A DNA stretch of 63,210 nucleotides, counting the filler, from Conidiobolus incongruus B7586 (taxonomy: Eukaryota), in assembly GCA_000697335.1 (NCBI GenBank). It is 16 parts of 16 records of this genome, joined end to end, with 100 filler letters (N's around TTAATTAATTAA, not from the genome) between each part and the next. Parts side by side here need not be neighbours in the genome. Positions count along the whole stretch, not along the records: positions 1 to 2,115 come from JNEM01006771.1; positions 2,216 to 9,336 come from JNEM01006773.1; positions 9,437 to 10,813 come from JNEM01006775.1; positions 10,914 to 12,227 come from JNEM01006777.1; 12 more parts are not named here. One strand, given 5' to 3'. This document shows positions 1 to 12,327 of this stretch, in pieces. The number at the start of each line of letters is the position of its first letter. Position 1 is the stretch's first letter. Below the pieces are notes generated by a model. It ran no database searches. It had not been told where the DNA came from and worked only from the letters and a program-made list of their open reading frames with translations. The translations under genes were made by a program, and so were the position numbers.

Positions 1-234
1 TTCTTGGAGGGCAGTAAGCTCTTGGGGACTAAAGTCTTGGATTCACTCAGTAATTAAGCTGCCATCATCATTAAAATAATATGAGGGTATCTCCCTTTTT
101 GGTGGCATTATAGTATATAGTGTTAAATTTAAATGAAATAAATTATAGATAAGATTCAAAATAGCAATAATTAGGTTTGATACAGATAGTTATTAATATC
201 TAGTAGGTTTTTAATAGTTTTGTTGCTGCTACCA
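1..234 (-). mobile_element. 5' internal region of Ty3/gypsy (chromovirus) family-1 copy 1: PBS and gag start; element runs off the left edge
   Basis: On the minus strand the LTR end ...CTTACA is followed by TGGTAGCAGC (225-234), a tRNA-iMet-like PBS. ATG at 108 opens MPPKREIPSYYFNDDGSLITE*IQDFSPQELTALQE. Collinear with 8722-8955 and (reverse complement) 41781-42012. Confidence 0.85.
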
Positions 235-632
235 TGTAAGCATAGTGGTAGTTAAACTAATATAGTGCAGAGGAAGACTTAATATAAAAGTAGTGTGGCA
301 CAGAACGTGGTAATATAACGTGGCTGTAGCGTGCAAGTGTAAACAAAGTTTAATTAAGCTTCGAACTAGGATGAGTCACCGATATATTAAGATTTATATT
401 AGGTAGTGCCAATATCCTACAATGTCGACAGAATATAGTCTCAATCTTAGAAATAGTGTAAAGGTAAAAATAGTAAGAATTGAGAGGAAAAAAGAGGAAC
501 CTAGTTTATTAGATAATTTAATACTATTTATACAATTAATTTAACTATATAAGTATAAATTAATCATATAATTTATAGTTAATTGGATTATATAAAGTGT
601 ATATAAGAATTTAGAGAACTAGTCTCTTAACA
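235..632 (-). repeat. 5' LTR (398 bp) of Ty3 family-1 copy 1, the least mutated LTR copy
   Basis: TGTAAG...CTTAACA termini next to the PBS. Aligns with 3641-4039, 8956-9336, 37944-38334, 41381-41780 (rc) and ~52995-53384. Still carries several CpGs. Confidence 0.92.
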
Positions 633-875
633 ATAAAAATACTTTGTACTAAAAGATAATATATATCTTTAAATTATAATTAACCTACTATTATATTTTT
701 AAGTTAAAATAACATAATGGTCACAAAGTAATTTTTTGTTTTTTTTTTAAAATATTTAGCTTTTTTATTAAATCTTTTAAAATATATTTTTCTTTCATTA
801 AATTAAATAACTTTACTCTAATTAATTTTAGTTTAATTTTAGTGGTGAAATTTAAACTCTTACTTGACTTTATAA
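633..875 (-). mobile_element. Tc1 transposase fragment between the LTR and a mariner copy
   Basis: Collinear with 48140-48385 (KYGGG-WGC to WSDE region). Confidence 0.8.
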
Positions 876-2115
876 TATTAGTAAAAAAATTAAGTAATAA
901 CAAAATTTTAAAATTAAAATTAAATAAATAAATTAAAAAGTAATATATAAAAATTAAGAAAATAATATAAAATTTATAGCTTTTTTTATTATTTATAACT
1001 TTTTTTTATACTTTTAGTAAGTTTCTAATATTTAAAAAATAATTCTTTTTATTAAAAACTGAAATTTGTTATTTCACAAACCAATTTAATTTATTTGTAA
1101 GAATTTTTTTCTTGCAAGCTATTTTTTTAATTATTTAAAACAATTATAATTACATAAGTTATAATTAAATAAATATATTAGATATAGTAACTCCTTTTAA
1201 TTTTTTTATATAAAAATTCTTTTATAGCTTTAGCTTTATGTATTTTGTAATTATCATATAAAATAATAAATATCTTTAATTTATATTGAGAATACTATTT
1301 AAAGATTGTTTTATTTAAAAAGATAATATATAACTTATTATTAATTGATTTTCTTTAAGATATTAAATAAGAAAACTATATATTATTATAAACTATTACA
1401 ATAATTAACCTTTATTTATATTTAAAATACTTATTCATTAGAATTTATAGAGGGGATTAATTTAGCTTAACCTAACATCTTGTTTTATTTTTAAATAAAA
1501 GATTATATAAAAGAATTTAAGATTCATTAATTATAAGTATTCATTATAAAATCTTTTGTTTTTAGTTATATCTTAATAGATTTAGTTTAGCTATAACCAC
1601 TCTAATTTTTTTTAGGTTTTTGTTAAATTATAAGATATCTATTTTATATTTTTATTAATTAATTTAAGTTTAAACTTAAGTAAATATAACATGCTTATAT
1701 AATTAATATTAAATTACTTTGATAATTTTTTAACAGAAATAAAAAGGTATTTTTTAATATATTTTTTTACTCTATTAGTAAGTAAAAGAATAATAGTAAA
1801 AATTAGTCTTTTAAATTTTAGTAAATTTTAAATAATATTCCTTCTAGCTTTAAAATTATTAATCTAGTGATATATAATAGTTTTAAATAAAACACCATAT
1901 TTATAAGCTGTTTACAAGCTTTAAATGATTTTAAAGGGTTTATGATTAAGTTTTAAAGATACAAAAATAAAAGCCATTTGATAATTATAATCTAGTTTAA
2001 TCATAATTAAAATTAAATGTAAATTTTAAAATCAAAATATTTTAAAAAAAATAATAATTAAAATTATATATATATATGTATAGTTTAAAAATATTTATTT
2101 TCCTATATATTTTAT
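876..2115 (-). mobile_element. Mariner (DD34D) element, hypermutated; transposase relic from ATG 2004 to ~974
   Basis: Minus strand begins MIKLDYNYQMAFIFVSLKLNHKPF; collinear with 10985-12227 and 40163-40938, where the WVP, TIDE, HDN and YSPD motifs can be read. Right end lies in a gap. Confidence 0.85.
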
Positions 2116-2215
2116 NNNNNNNNNNNNNNNNNNNNNNNNNNNNNNNNNNNNNNNNNNNNTTAATTAATTAANNNNNNNNNNNNNNNNNNNNNNNNNNNNN
2201 NNNNNNNNNNNNNNN
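2116..2215. other. Assembly gap spacer N44-TTAATTAATTAA-N44 (first of 15; the others start at 9337, 10814, 12228, 18450, 36083, 37575, 39428, 40939, 49038, 51068, 52859, 56306, 59522, 61233)
   Basis: Identical 100-bp layout each time; the 12-mer has stop codons in all six frames. Confidence 0.98.
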
Positions 2216-2756
2216 TATATATATTATAAATCCCATTTATTTATGATATAAAAATATTTAGTAAAAATAATAAATTTTTAAAAATAGCATTAAGTTATTA
2301 AAACCCTAACTTAATAACAATAAAATAATATTTAAAAATTTGATAAGTTATTGATTTTCAGATAAAAATTTTAAATCAATATTTTAATATTAATCAAATA
2401 ATATACAAATCAAAAAATCAAATTATATCTGCCTTGTGAAAATTTAATTTAGTTATTAAATATTAAAAATTATAAATATTATAGCTTCTTAAATATTATA
2501 AAATGTAGTAGATTTGATATTGGATTTTTTATATTGTTGAAAAAAATAAAAGCATTGATTATAATAGGATAGAATAAAATAAAAAATATCAATATATATC
2601 TATATATATTAGAATATTTGAGAATAATAAACAAGTGAAAATATTGATATATATATAATATTTAGGATTTATTAAATCCAAATTTGATTGATAGATTTAA
2701 GTAATGTGAACACTTTAAAAAATTATCGTGAAAAATATACCATCAATCACATTGTA

Positions 2757-2830
2757 CGCTCTCAGGTGGGCTTGGACCACCAACTTCCCGATTAAATGTC
2801 GGATGCGCTACCCAATTGCGCTATGGAACC
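2757..2830 (-). pseudogene. tRNA-Asn-derived pseudogene with anticodon loop CATTTAA (TTT)
   Basis: GGTTCCA-TA-GCGC-AATTGGGTA-GCGC-A-TCCGA-CATTTAA-TCGGG-AAGTT-GGTGG-TCCAAGC-CCACC-TGAGAGC-G. D and T arms match eukaryotic tRNA-Asn, but there are two acceptor-stem mismatches, A at position 33 and a TCC T-loop. Confidence 0.75.
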
Positions 2831-3640
2831 TTACAAGTGAATTTATTTAATCTCTGATTAATTGATACAGTACATACTTTCTCTTATTTTATATACCATT
2901 TAATCTTTACCTTTCTTAATATTTTACAGTATATATTTTATGCAATTCATAATAAATTCATATTTCCACTTTGATCTGATAAAATTTAATCTTATATATT
3001 AATTCTTTTATACCACAATTTTCATTTGTTTTTTTGTCTAAAATATATTTTATATATATAAGTTTTGACCAATTTATATTATGTTTATTTTAAAAATTTT
3101 CAATCATAGTCAAAATATACCCATATCTTATTTATTTCATCATACTTTTATACAAAATATATTATTTAAATAATATTTACAATTTTATCCTTAATTTTAA
3201 AACTTATGAAGAAATTTGTTAAGTATAAATTGATGATTTAATTTGGTGAGCTTGTGAGGTAGGTAATATGGACTATTTAATTTGATTATTAGATTGATTG
3301 TTAAAATATTAAATGTCCAGAATGAATATTTATTTAGATACATCCATTTAATCTTATGGTTTAAAGTAATTTACTTTATTATATTTTTCTAAAAACACAG
3401 TATGATATTCAAATATATAAAATTAATATAAATAGGAGAATATTATTTTTAGATAAATTTTAAAATTACATATTAAAATTTAATACTGAATAGTATTATT
3501 TTATATACAAATTAATTATAATGTTTATTTAGACATAACAAATATATATATATATATATATATATGATATTAATAGATCCAAAACAAAATATTATATATT
3601 ATAGTATATAATTGTTTTTAGTTATAAATTTTAGGCTATT

Positions 3641-4039
3641 TGTAAGTGTAGTGGTAGTTAAACTAATATAGTGCAAAGGAAAACTTGATATAAAAGTAAT
3701 GTGGTGCAGAACATGGTAATATAATATGGTTATAATATGCAAGTATAAATAAAGTTTAATTAAGCTTCAAACTAGGATGAGTCACTGATATATTAAGATT
3801 TATATTAGGTAGTGCTAATATACTATAATATTGATAAGAAGTAGTCTCAATCTTAAAAGTAATATAAAAGTAAAAAATAGTAAGAATTAAGAGGAAAAAA
3901 AAGAACTTAGTTTATTAAATAATTCAATTCTATTTATACAATTAATTTAACTATATAAGTATCAATTAATTATATAATTTATAGTTAATTGAATTATATA
4001 AAAATATATATAAGAATTTAAAGAACTAGTTTTTTAATA
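3641..4039 (-). repeat. 3' LTR of Ty3 family-1 copy 2
   Basis: Starts TGTAAG, ends at mutated TTAATA and abuts the PPT. Confidence 0.9.
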
Positions 4040-7000
4040 CTCCCCTAATAAGTTTTTTAGAAAAAACACACTCTTTAGATTTTTACAAATAGGTATAATA
4101 AGTTAAAGTACTCTTAATATTTTCTAGGGGTTCTTATATAACTTCTTTAATAAGATAACCTATCTATTTTATATAAAAATAAAGCTTATTCCTAATAGAT
4201 TTAGATTTAATTATGTAATTAATATAGTATTCTTTTTCTCTATCTTAATTAATAATTAGATCTAGTTTTAAAGTTTGTAATTAATTAAGAAAAGTATTAA
4301 AATTTTTAAAATATAGTTTAATTTTAGATATATGAAAGGTAAAATTGATTTTTAAAGTTAGAGGTAATTCTAAGGTAATATTTTCAAAATTTAAATCAAT
4401 AAATTAAATCTTATAAGGATTATAATATAATAATAAGTATTTTGGATTTAAACTAGATTTAAGTAAGATAAGTTTAAAGATAGATTATTCTAAATATATA
4501 AACATGTTAATTTTATATTTAAAAAGATTTTTAGATAATTTTAAGTATTGTTATTCTATGATCCTTTAATTTTCTTTTAAGTTAAATTTAATAAGGGAAT
4601 TAATATACTTGATATTAGATTAAAATTCAACAATATCTAAAGATAAGTTGATTTAAAGTTTTAAAGTAATTATTAAGTTAGGATGTTTATTATAATTGAT
4701 GAAATAAAGGTTAAAACCTGTTGATTTATTGATAAAAATGTTGAATGAATATTAGAGTTGGTAGATATAAATATTTTAATTTAATTAATTAATGTTAATA
4801 TAAACTTTAATCATTTGCTTTAAGGTTTTAATAGTTTTTTCAATAAGTTTATTGGTTTAATAATAATTGATAATAAATATAGTTAGGTTAACTTTAAAAG
4901 AAAAAGATAGTAACTTTTAAAATTAAGAGTTGAATCATATATCTCTGTTAAATATAATAGTTTATAGAATTTTATAGTAGGTAAAAATAATAGAGAATAA
5001 TAATTATGTAACATCTTTAACTATAGAAGTTTTGAAACAAAAAATAAAATATACATATTTAGAAAATAAATCAATTATAATTAGTAAGTTATTATAACTA
5101 TTTGTTAATTTAAAGATTTTCATGAAATCAAGTTAAATTTATTATTAAGTTTTATTAGGGACTTGTAGAAGAATAAGTTTATTATATTTTAGTTAAGTAT
5201 TATATTTAGTTTTTTAGCATATATTACAGGTATTAATGTATTTCTAAACTAATTTAATTAAAGAAGGCTAGTAATACTTTATTTTAATTCTCTCAACAAT
5301 CTTTAACTAGTTTTAATGTCCTTTAATAGGTAAGTTATAATATTCATTAAATATTATTTGTTAGATCTTAGGAATATTAAGAATATATAAACAATTATTA
5401 TAATATAATAGGTTATTAATAATTTTAAATTTTTTAACATATTTTAATTAGTTTTCTAATAATTTAAAGAGTTTTTCTTTAATTAAAATAAAGAAATTAT
5501 TATTTAATAATATTTCTTAAAATAGTTTAATAAATTTTTTATTTCCTTCATTAATAGTTATTAAGTTAATATTTGCTGGGTTTGTACAATTAAAATAAAA
5601 AGGTAAATATATAAGATTTTTTAATAAAGTATCTATAATATAATTTTATTAACCTAAAAGATATTAAATAAAAAAAAAGTAAGCTTAGATAATTTTAATC
5701 TATTTAATTTATTTTCTTAATAAATACTTCTAAGTATTTAAGTAAATAAGTGATTTATAATTAATAAGTATTAAGAAAAAGTTACAAGACAAGAAATATA
5801 AGTGATTTTTGATTATTTCTACCAAAGTAAAAAGTTTTTGTTTATAGATTAAATATTTTAATTCAGCTGGTTTTATTTTTCTTAATTAGAATGTTATTGG
5901 TTTTAAAGTAATATTTATAAGGTTAAACTTAACCTATTCTCCCCTATTTATTATTTTATCTTATAGTTAAAGGATAAAATATAAATTAAATTTAAATTAA
6001 GCTAACTATCTACTAATTACAAAAGAATTAAAATTAGTAAAAATAATAGTAGGTAGTTTTAAATTAAAAATAAATAAAGCAAAAACATTAGTAATATAGA
6101 AAATTAAATCATTTATATAAAAAGTATATAGTAAAGTTTATTCAAAAAAAGAGTTTTTTTTTAAGAGATTAGTAAGAGAAGTAATAAATTCAATAAAAAA
6201 ATCAATGAAATTTTTAAAGTAATTTAATAATTTAAGTATAAACATAAGTTAATCTTTGTTTATAAGTATAGTAAAAGCTTTAATATTATTAAGTTTAGTT
6301 AAATTAATATTAATTCTTTAAATAGAAACAATATAACTATAGAGAAAGATAGAAAAAACACTAAAAATAAATTTTGATAGTTTTAAAAGTAATTTATATT
6401 CTTAAATAATTTATAAATCTTGATTAACATATTAAATATATCCTTCTTTAGTTTTTAAATAGATTAAGATATTATTAAAGTAAATGATAATAAAGTTATT
6501 AAAAACAAGGTTGAAAAAAGAATTGATGAATTAAATAAAAATTACAAGGGTATTATACAATCTAAAGTTTATAACTGTAAATTTATAATAGCTTAAAAAG
6601 TATTAAAAATAATTAAAGAGATAGAATTTTCTTTAACTTTAATGTTATAATATCTATTCTTAACATTTAATTTAATAAATATAGTTGATTTAAATAGTTT
6701 ATCCTTAATATCATATAAGTTTAGTAATAAAGTTTTATCCTTAATAGTTTTAAAGTTTAAAACATAGTTGTTAATATATAATCTCTAACCACTATCAACT
6801 TTTTTTATAAAGAGAATTAAAGATTTTTATAGTAAAGAAGAAGGTTTAATATACCTATTTTTAAATAGTTTTTAGATTTCTTCTTTTAAAGTTTAATATT
6901 ATTCAAGAGATAAATGGTAAATAAACTTTAAATATAGTTGTATATCAAAGAATAATTTAATTCTGTGCTTAATATTATATTTAAAAGGTAATTTATCTAT

Positions 7001-8955
7001 AAATTTAAAAACATTAGCAAATTAACTTACTATATTATATAGGAAGTAGTTATTAGATATAACTTTATTGAAGTTAATAAATAAAATGTTAATAGATAAA
7101 TAATAAATAAATACATATCTTTATAAATTATTAAGGTTTTTAATTAGATTTTTACAGTGATTTTTGCTTATAATAGTAGAATTATTTGCTACAATTGTAG
7201 AGTTAGTGTTATATATAGTATTTAATAGTTTTATAATAGGGTAATATAGATTTTTTAAGATTAATTCTATTAATTTCTTTTGGAATATAAAAAAAATAGA
7301 TTTATAACCTTTTAAAATAATATTTATGGATATAAAACTATAATATTCAAATTAATTTTAACTTAGTATAAAATTATAACTAATATTACTAACTAAAAAT
7401 TTAAAATATTAAAAGTAGTTAAGGTATAATAATAAATATTTAAATAGAGTATTAAATATTTATTCTATTAAGTTATTAGTATATTTAATTATCAAGTTAC
7501 TTTTTTAGATAGGTAAAGATAGTTTTATAATAATAATAAAAAAGATAATACAATTAAAACAACTAAAATTAATTAAAACACTAACAAGTTTATCTATAAA
7601 AGAATTAATTAAAATAAACAATAAGGTGATAGTTAAAGGTAAAGAATTATAAGGTAGATTAGTTACTAGAATATTTTTAGTTTCTAGTAGTTTAATCAGT
7701 TAGATTTCTCTAGTATATATAGTTTAATTTGTGGGATCATTAGTTTATTAGAACTTTTGTAGATTAAATTAGAATCTGATAACTAATTGTAAAAGAGGTG
7801 ATTCTAAAGTTATATAAATATTATTCAGGTTTTATTTATGGTTAATAAGTTAAGATTGTTGAAAATTAAACAGATGTTGTTTTTTTAAAGGGTATTTGTT
7901 AGCTTTATAATTAACTTAAGTTTTTTAACAATAATAACAACTTTTATTTACTCTTAAGTAAGTTTTAACTTCTTTACTAAAGGTTTTCTTATAAAGCTTT
8001 AAAGTAGAAATATTTATTATTTGAGATTTAAATAAGTTAGAGTAAGTTTTAAAAGATTAATTTTTAAGATAGGAAAATTTAATTATAAAGTAAAAAATAT
8101 TATCAATTATAATTGTTATATCACAAATATTAGAAAAAAACATATTATTAAAGTGTTTTTTACTAACTAACTAAAGCTTTAATTAAAAATTAAAGTATTA
8201 TAATAGTTTGTGGATTTATTTTTCTTCAGTGATATTTGGTATATTTAAGCATATCTCATTAAATTTCTCAATTAATTATCTTGTAGAAGTTTTTTATTTA
8301 AGCTAAAAAAGCTTTTCTTTTGTTAATTAAATTTAATCTTTTAGGTGATACCTTTTTTTAAAGATTTTTTCTAATTGTTTAAAAGTTTATATCTTTATAA
8401 TAAATTATCCTTTTAAAAATTTTTTAAGATTAAGTTTATAATAAGTTAACTACCAAGTATAAATAAATTTTTCTAAAAAAAAAGTAGCTAATTTAAGGAT
8501 ATTTTTTAAATCTTTATTAAAGATTAAATCAAGGTAATTTTTTAAATTTTTAAAATAGTTTTCAAGCTTGTAAAGTTTTTTAAAATTATCATAAATAGTT
8601 AATTTATCTTTAAAGATATTAAAGAGGTAGTTTAATATATTAATTATAGTGAAGTAGTTGGTTTGTTAGATTTAAACTCTTTAAGACATATTTTTTTTAA
8701 TTAGAAGTTGTTTAATATAGGTTTTTTAGAGGGTAATAAGCTTTTAAAGGTTAAAGTCTTAGATTCACTTAATAATTAAATTGCTATCATTATTTTAATA
8801 GTATAAAGATATCTTTTTTTTAATTGTATTATAATATATAATGTTAAATTTAAATAAAATAAATTATAGATAAAATTTAAAATAGCAATAAATAAATTTA
8901 ATATAGGTAGTTATTGATTTCTAATAAGTTTTTTGTAGTTTTATTACTGCTATCA

Positions 8956-9336
8956 TATAAATATAATAGTAGTTAAACTAATATAATATAGAAGAAAACT
9001 TAATATAAAAGTAATGTGATGTAGAATATAGTAATATAATATAGTTATAATATATAAGTATAAATAAAGTTTAATTAAGTTTTAAACTAGGGTGAGTTAT
9101 TAATATATTAAGATTTATATTAAGTAATATTAATATACTATAATATTAATAAAAATTAGTTTTAATTTTAAAAGTAATATAAAAGTAAAAATAATAAGAA
9201 TTAAAAAGAAAAAGAAAAACCTAGTTTATTAAATAATTTAGTATTATTTATATAATTAATTAAATTATATAACTATAAATTAATTATATAATTTATAGTC
9301 AATTGAATTATATAAAATATATATAAGAATTTAAAA
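8956..9336 (-). repeat. 5' LTR of Ty3 family-1 copy 2 (end lost in gap)
   Basis: TATAAA (from TGTAAG) directly after the mutated PBS; collinear with 235-615. Confidence 0.88.
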
Positions 9337-9456
9337 NNNNNNNNNNNNNNNNNNNNNNNNNNNNNNNNNNNNNNNNNNNNTTAATTAATTAANNNNNNNN
9401 NNNNNNNNNNNNNNNNNNNNNNNNNNNNNNNNNNNNTAGTTATTAATTAATATATA

Positions 9457-10813
9457 CACTAGCTTACAAAAGTAAGTTATTAAATTTTAAATTTATTTTC
9501 ATTATTATCAATAACTTTGTTAATTCTAAATCAAATTAATTTAAATTAAAATATATAATAAACTTATATTATATATTTATAATTAAATATATTTAATCTA
9601 ATAATGTTAATTTTTAGTTAATATATTATAATTTAAATTTTACCTAATGTGAGTTATAAATTTATATGTTTTGATTATAGAAAGAAAATTAAAACTTAAT
9701 ATATCTATCTTTTAATTTCTTAACTTCCTTAAATTTATAAGTTATAAAGTCAACTAACCTTTTATATTAAGAAAGATTAATTTTATTCTAAGTTTCTTAA
9801 ATATATTCCTAAAGCTCATTGAAATTTTTTACTGGTAGGAAAGCTTTAATTATTTTTTTTAACTAATCCTAAAGGTATTTAATTAGATTAAAGTTAAAAG
9901 ATTAAAGAAACTACTTTATAATTATTATTTTATTATTTTTAAACTATTTGGTAATAGAAATAGTATTATAACAAAAAACATTATCTTGTTAAAAAATAAT
10001 ATCTGATTTATTTAACCTATACTATTCAATAGTTTTATTTAATTTATTGTTTAGAATATTTTAATACATTTTAGAATTAATTCCCCCATTAACTTTACAA
10101 AGATACTTTACACTAGAAGATAATATACATCCCTAAATTATAATTAACCCATTATTATATTTTTGGGTTAAAATAACATAATGGTTATAAAGTAGTTCTT
10201 TGTCTTTTCTGAAATATCTACCTTTTCTATCAAATTTATTAAAATATATTTTTGTTTTATTAGATTAAATAACCTTATTTTAATTAGTTTCAATTCAACT
10301 TTAATGGTGATATTTAAACTTTTACCTAGTTATTCAATAAGACTTTTTATTTCAGGGTTTTTTTTATTAAAGTATAAGTAGTATATATTATAATATAAAG
10401 TATATATAATAATATTAGTATTAATTAATATTCTAATATATTCTTATAATTCTTTATATATTTCTATAACAATATTATATTTACCTATATTAACTAACCT
10501 ATAAATTTACCTTTTATTATATTTATTTATAATCCTAACACACCCAAGTTTAAGTTTAGATATATCTTTGCTATAATTTTTAACAACCTTAGTTATAATA
10601 AACTAGCTAACACTAGTAATTCTAATAATCATATAAGTTGATTTATCTTTATTATAGAGTTAATAAATATATAAATTAGTTTTTTTAGAGAGGGATTTAG
10701 GTATTTAAATATTAATATTATTTAAAATAATAATTTATAATAATAATATTAGTATATATATATATAGTTTAATAAAAAAAAGATTTAATTAATTTTTTTA
10801 TATATCTTTTTAA
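9457..10813 (-). mobile_element. Tc1 (DD34E) element, subfamily A2, hypermutated
   Basis: TA|CACTAGCTTACAAAAGTAAG terminus; transposase relic ~9690-10704 collinear with 47732-48748; subterminal sequence differs from the A1 copies. Confidence 0.85.
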
Positions 10814-10984
10814 NNNNNNNNNNNNNNNNNNNNNNNNNNNNNNNNNNNNNNNNNNNNTTAATTAATTAANNNNNNNNNNNNNNNNNNNNNNNNNNNNNNN
10901 NNNNNNNNNNNNNAAAATTAAATTCAAAATAGTTAAGATAAAGTTAAATAAATTAATATAATAATTATATTTGTTAGAAGATTT

Positions 10985-12227
10985 AAAATTAATATAGAAA
11001 TTAAATAATGGCAAAATTTTAAAAATAAAATTAAACTAATAAATTAATAAATAATATATAAAAATAAATGAATAATATAGAACTAAAACCTCTTTAATTA
11101 TTAATCACTCTTTTCTATATTTTTGATAAGCTTCTAATATTTAAAAAATAGTTTTTTTTTATTAAAGACTAAAATTTGATGTTTTATAAACCAATTTAAT
11201 TTATTTGCAAGAATTTTTTTTCCTATAAGTTGTTTCTTTAATTATCTAAAACAATTATAATCATATAGGTTTTAATCAGGTGAATATACTAGATATGATA
11301 ACTCCCTCTAATTTTTTTTATATAAAAAATCCTTTATAGCTTTAGTTTTATATATTTTATAATTATCATACAAAATAATAAGTGTTTTTAATTTATATTA
11401 AATTCACTATTTAGAAATCATTTTATTTCAAAAAGTAATATATAACTTATTATTAATTGATTTTCCTTGAGATATTAAATAAAAGAACCATATATATTAT
11501 AATCTATTATAATAATTAATATTCACTTATATTTAAAATATTTATTTATTAGAATTTATAAAGAGGATTAAGTTAACTTAACCCAACATCTTATTTTATT
11601 TTTAGGTAAAAGATTATATAAAGCAATTTAAGATTTATTATTATAAGTATTTGCTATAAAAACCTTTATTTTTGGGTATATATTAATAAGTTTAATTTAG
11701 CTATAGGACTCTTATTTTTTTTTTCAGCTTTTGTTAAATTATAAGATATCTATTTATATTTTTATTTATTAATCTAAGTTTAAACTTAAGTAAATATAAC
11801 ATGCTAATATAATTAATATTAAATTGCTTTGATAGTTCTCTAGTAGAAAAAAAAAGATATTTCTTAATAAATTTTTTTATTTTATTGATAAATTAAAAAG
11901 TAATAATAGAAATTAATTTTTTAGATTTTGGTAAATTTTGAATAATGTCCTTTTTAGCTTTAAAATCATAAATCTAGTGATATATGGTAGTTTTAGATAA
12001 AGCACCATCTTCATAAACTATTTATAAGTTTTAGATGATTTTAAAGGGTTTATGCTTAAGTTTTAAAGATATAAAATTAAAGCCTTTTGATAATCACAAT
12101 CTAGATTAAATATAATTGAATTTATATATAAATTTTAAAATCAAAATATTTTAATGAAATAAATAGTTAAAATTAAATATATATATATATATATATAGTT
12201 TGAATATATATATTTTCTTATATATTA
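10985..12227 (-). mobile_element. Mariner (DD34D) element, hypermutated
   Basis: Minus strand gives VYEDGALSKTTIYH*IYDFKAKKDIIQNLPKS (mariner HTH) and YSPD*NLYD near 11262-11287; close to 876-2115. Confidence 0.85.
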
Positions 12228-12327
12228 NNNNNNNNNNNNNNNNNNNNNNNNNNNNNNNNNNNNNNNNNNNNTTAATTAATTAANNNNNNNNNNNNNNNNN
12301 NNNNNNNNNNNNNNNNNNNNNNNNNNN

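Larger units (their letters stand above)
3641..9336 (-). mobile_element. Near full-length Ty3/gypsy chromovirus (family-1 copy 2, ~5.7 kb), hypermutated
   Basis: LTRs at 3641-4039 and 8956-gap; PPT TAGGGGAG at 4040-4047; mutated PBS 8946-8955. RT motif reads FIIIYFNNILIYLKT (YFNN at 6471-6482 = YLDD). Chromodomain EYYINYIIKSKSIRNKLYFYIK*IGYLIKEVI*EPLENI at ~4110-4232. RT-RH-INT-chromo order. Confidence 0.92.

Noticed and set aside
372..378. AP-1/Gcn4-like TGAGTCA in the LTR and in Tc1 ends
   Set aside because: A 7-mer match only; in Tc1 it is part of the presumed transposase-binding repeat.
721..903. 60-aa minus-strand ORF
   Set aside because: Off-frame reading across Tc1 and mariner relics.
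2160..2171. TTAATTAATTAA recurring 15 times, resembling a CRISPR repeat, piggyBac site or regulatory motif
   Set aside because: Always centred in N44...N44; it is an assembler spacer with six-frame stops.
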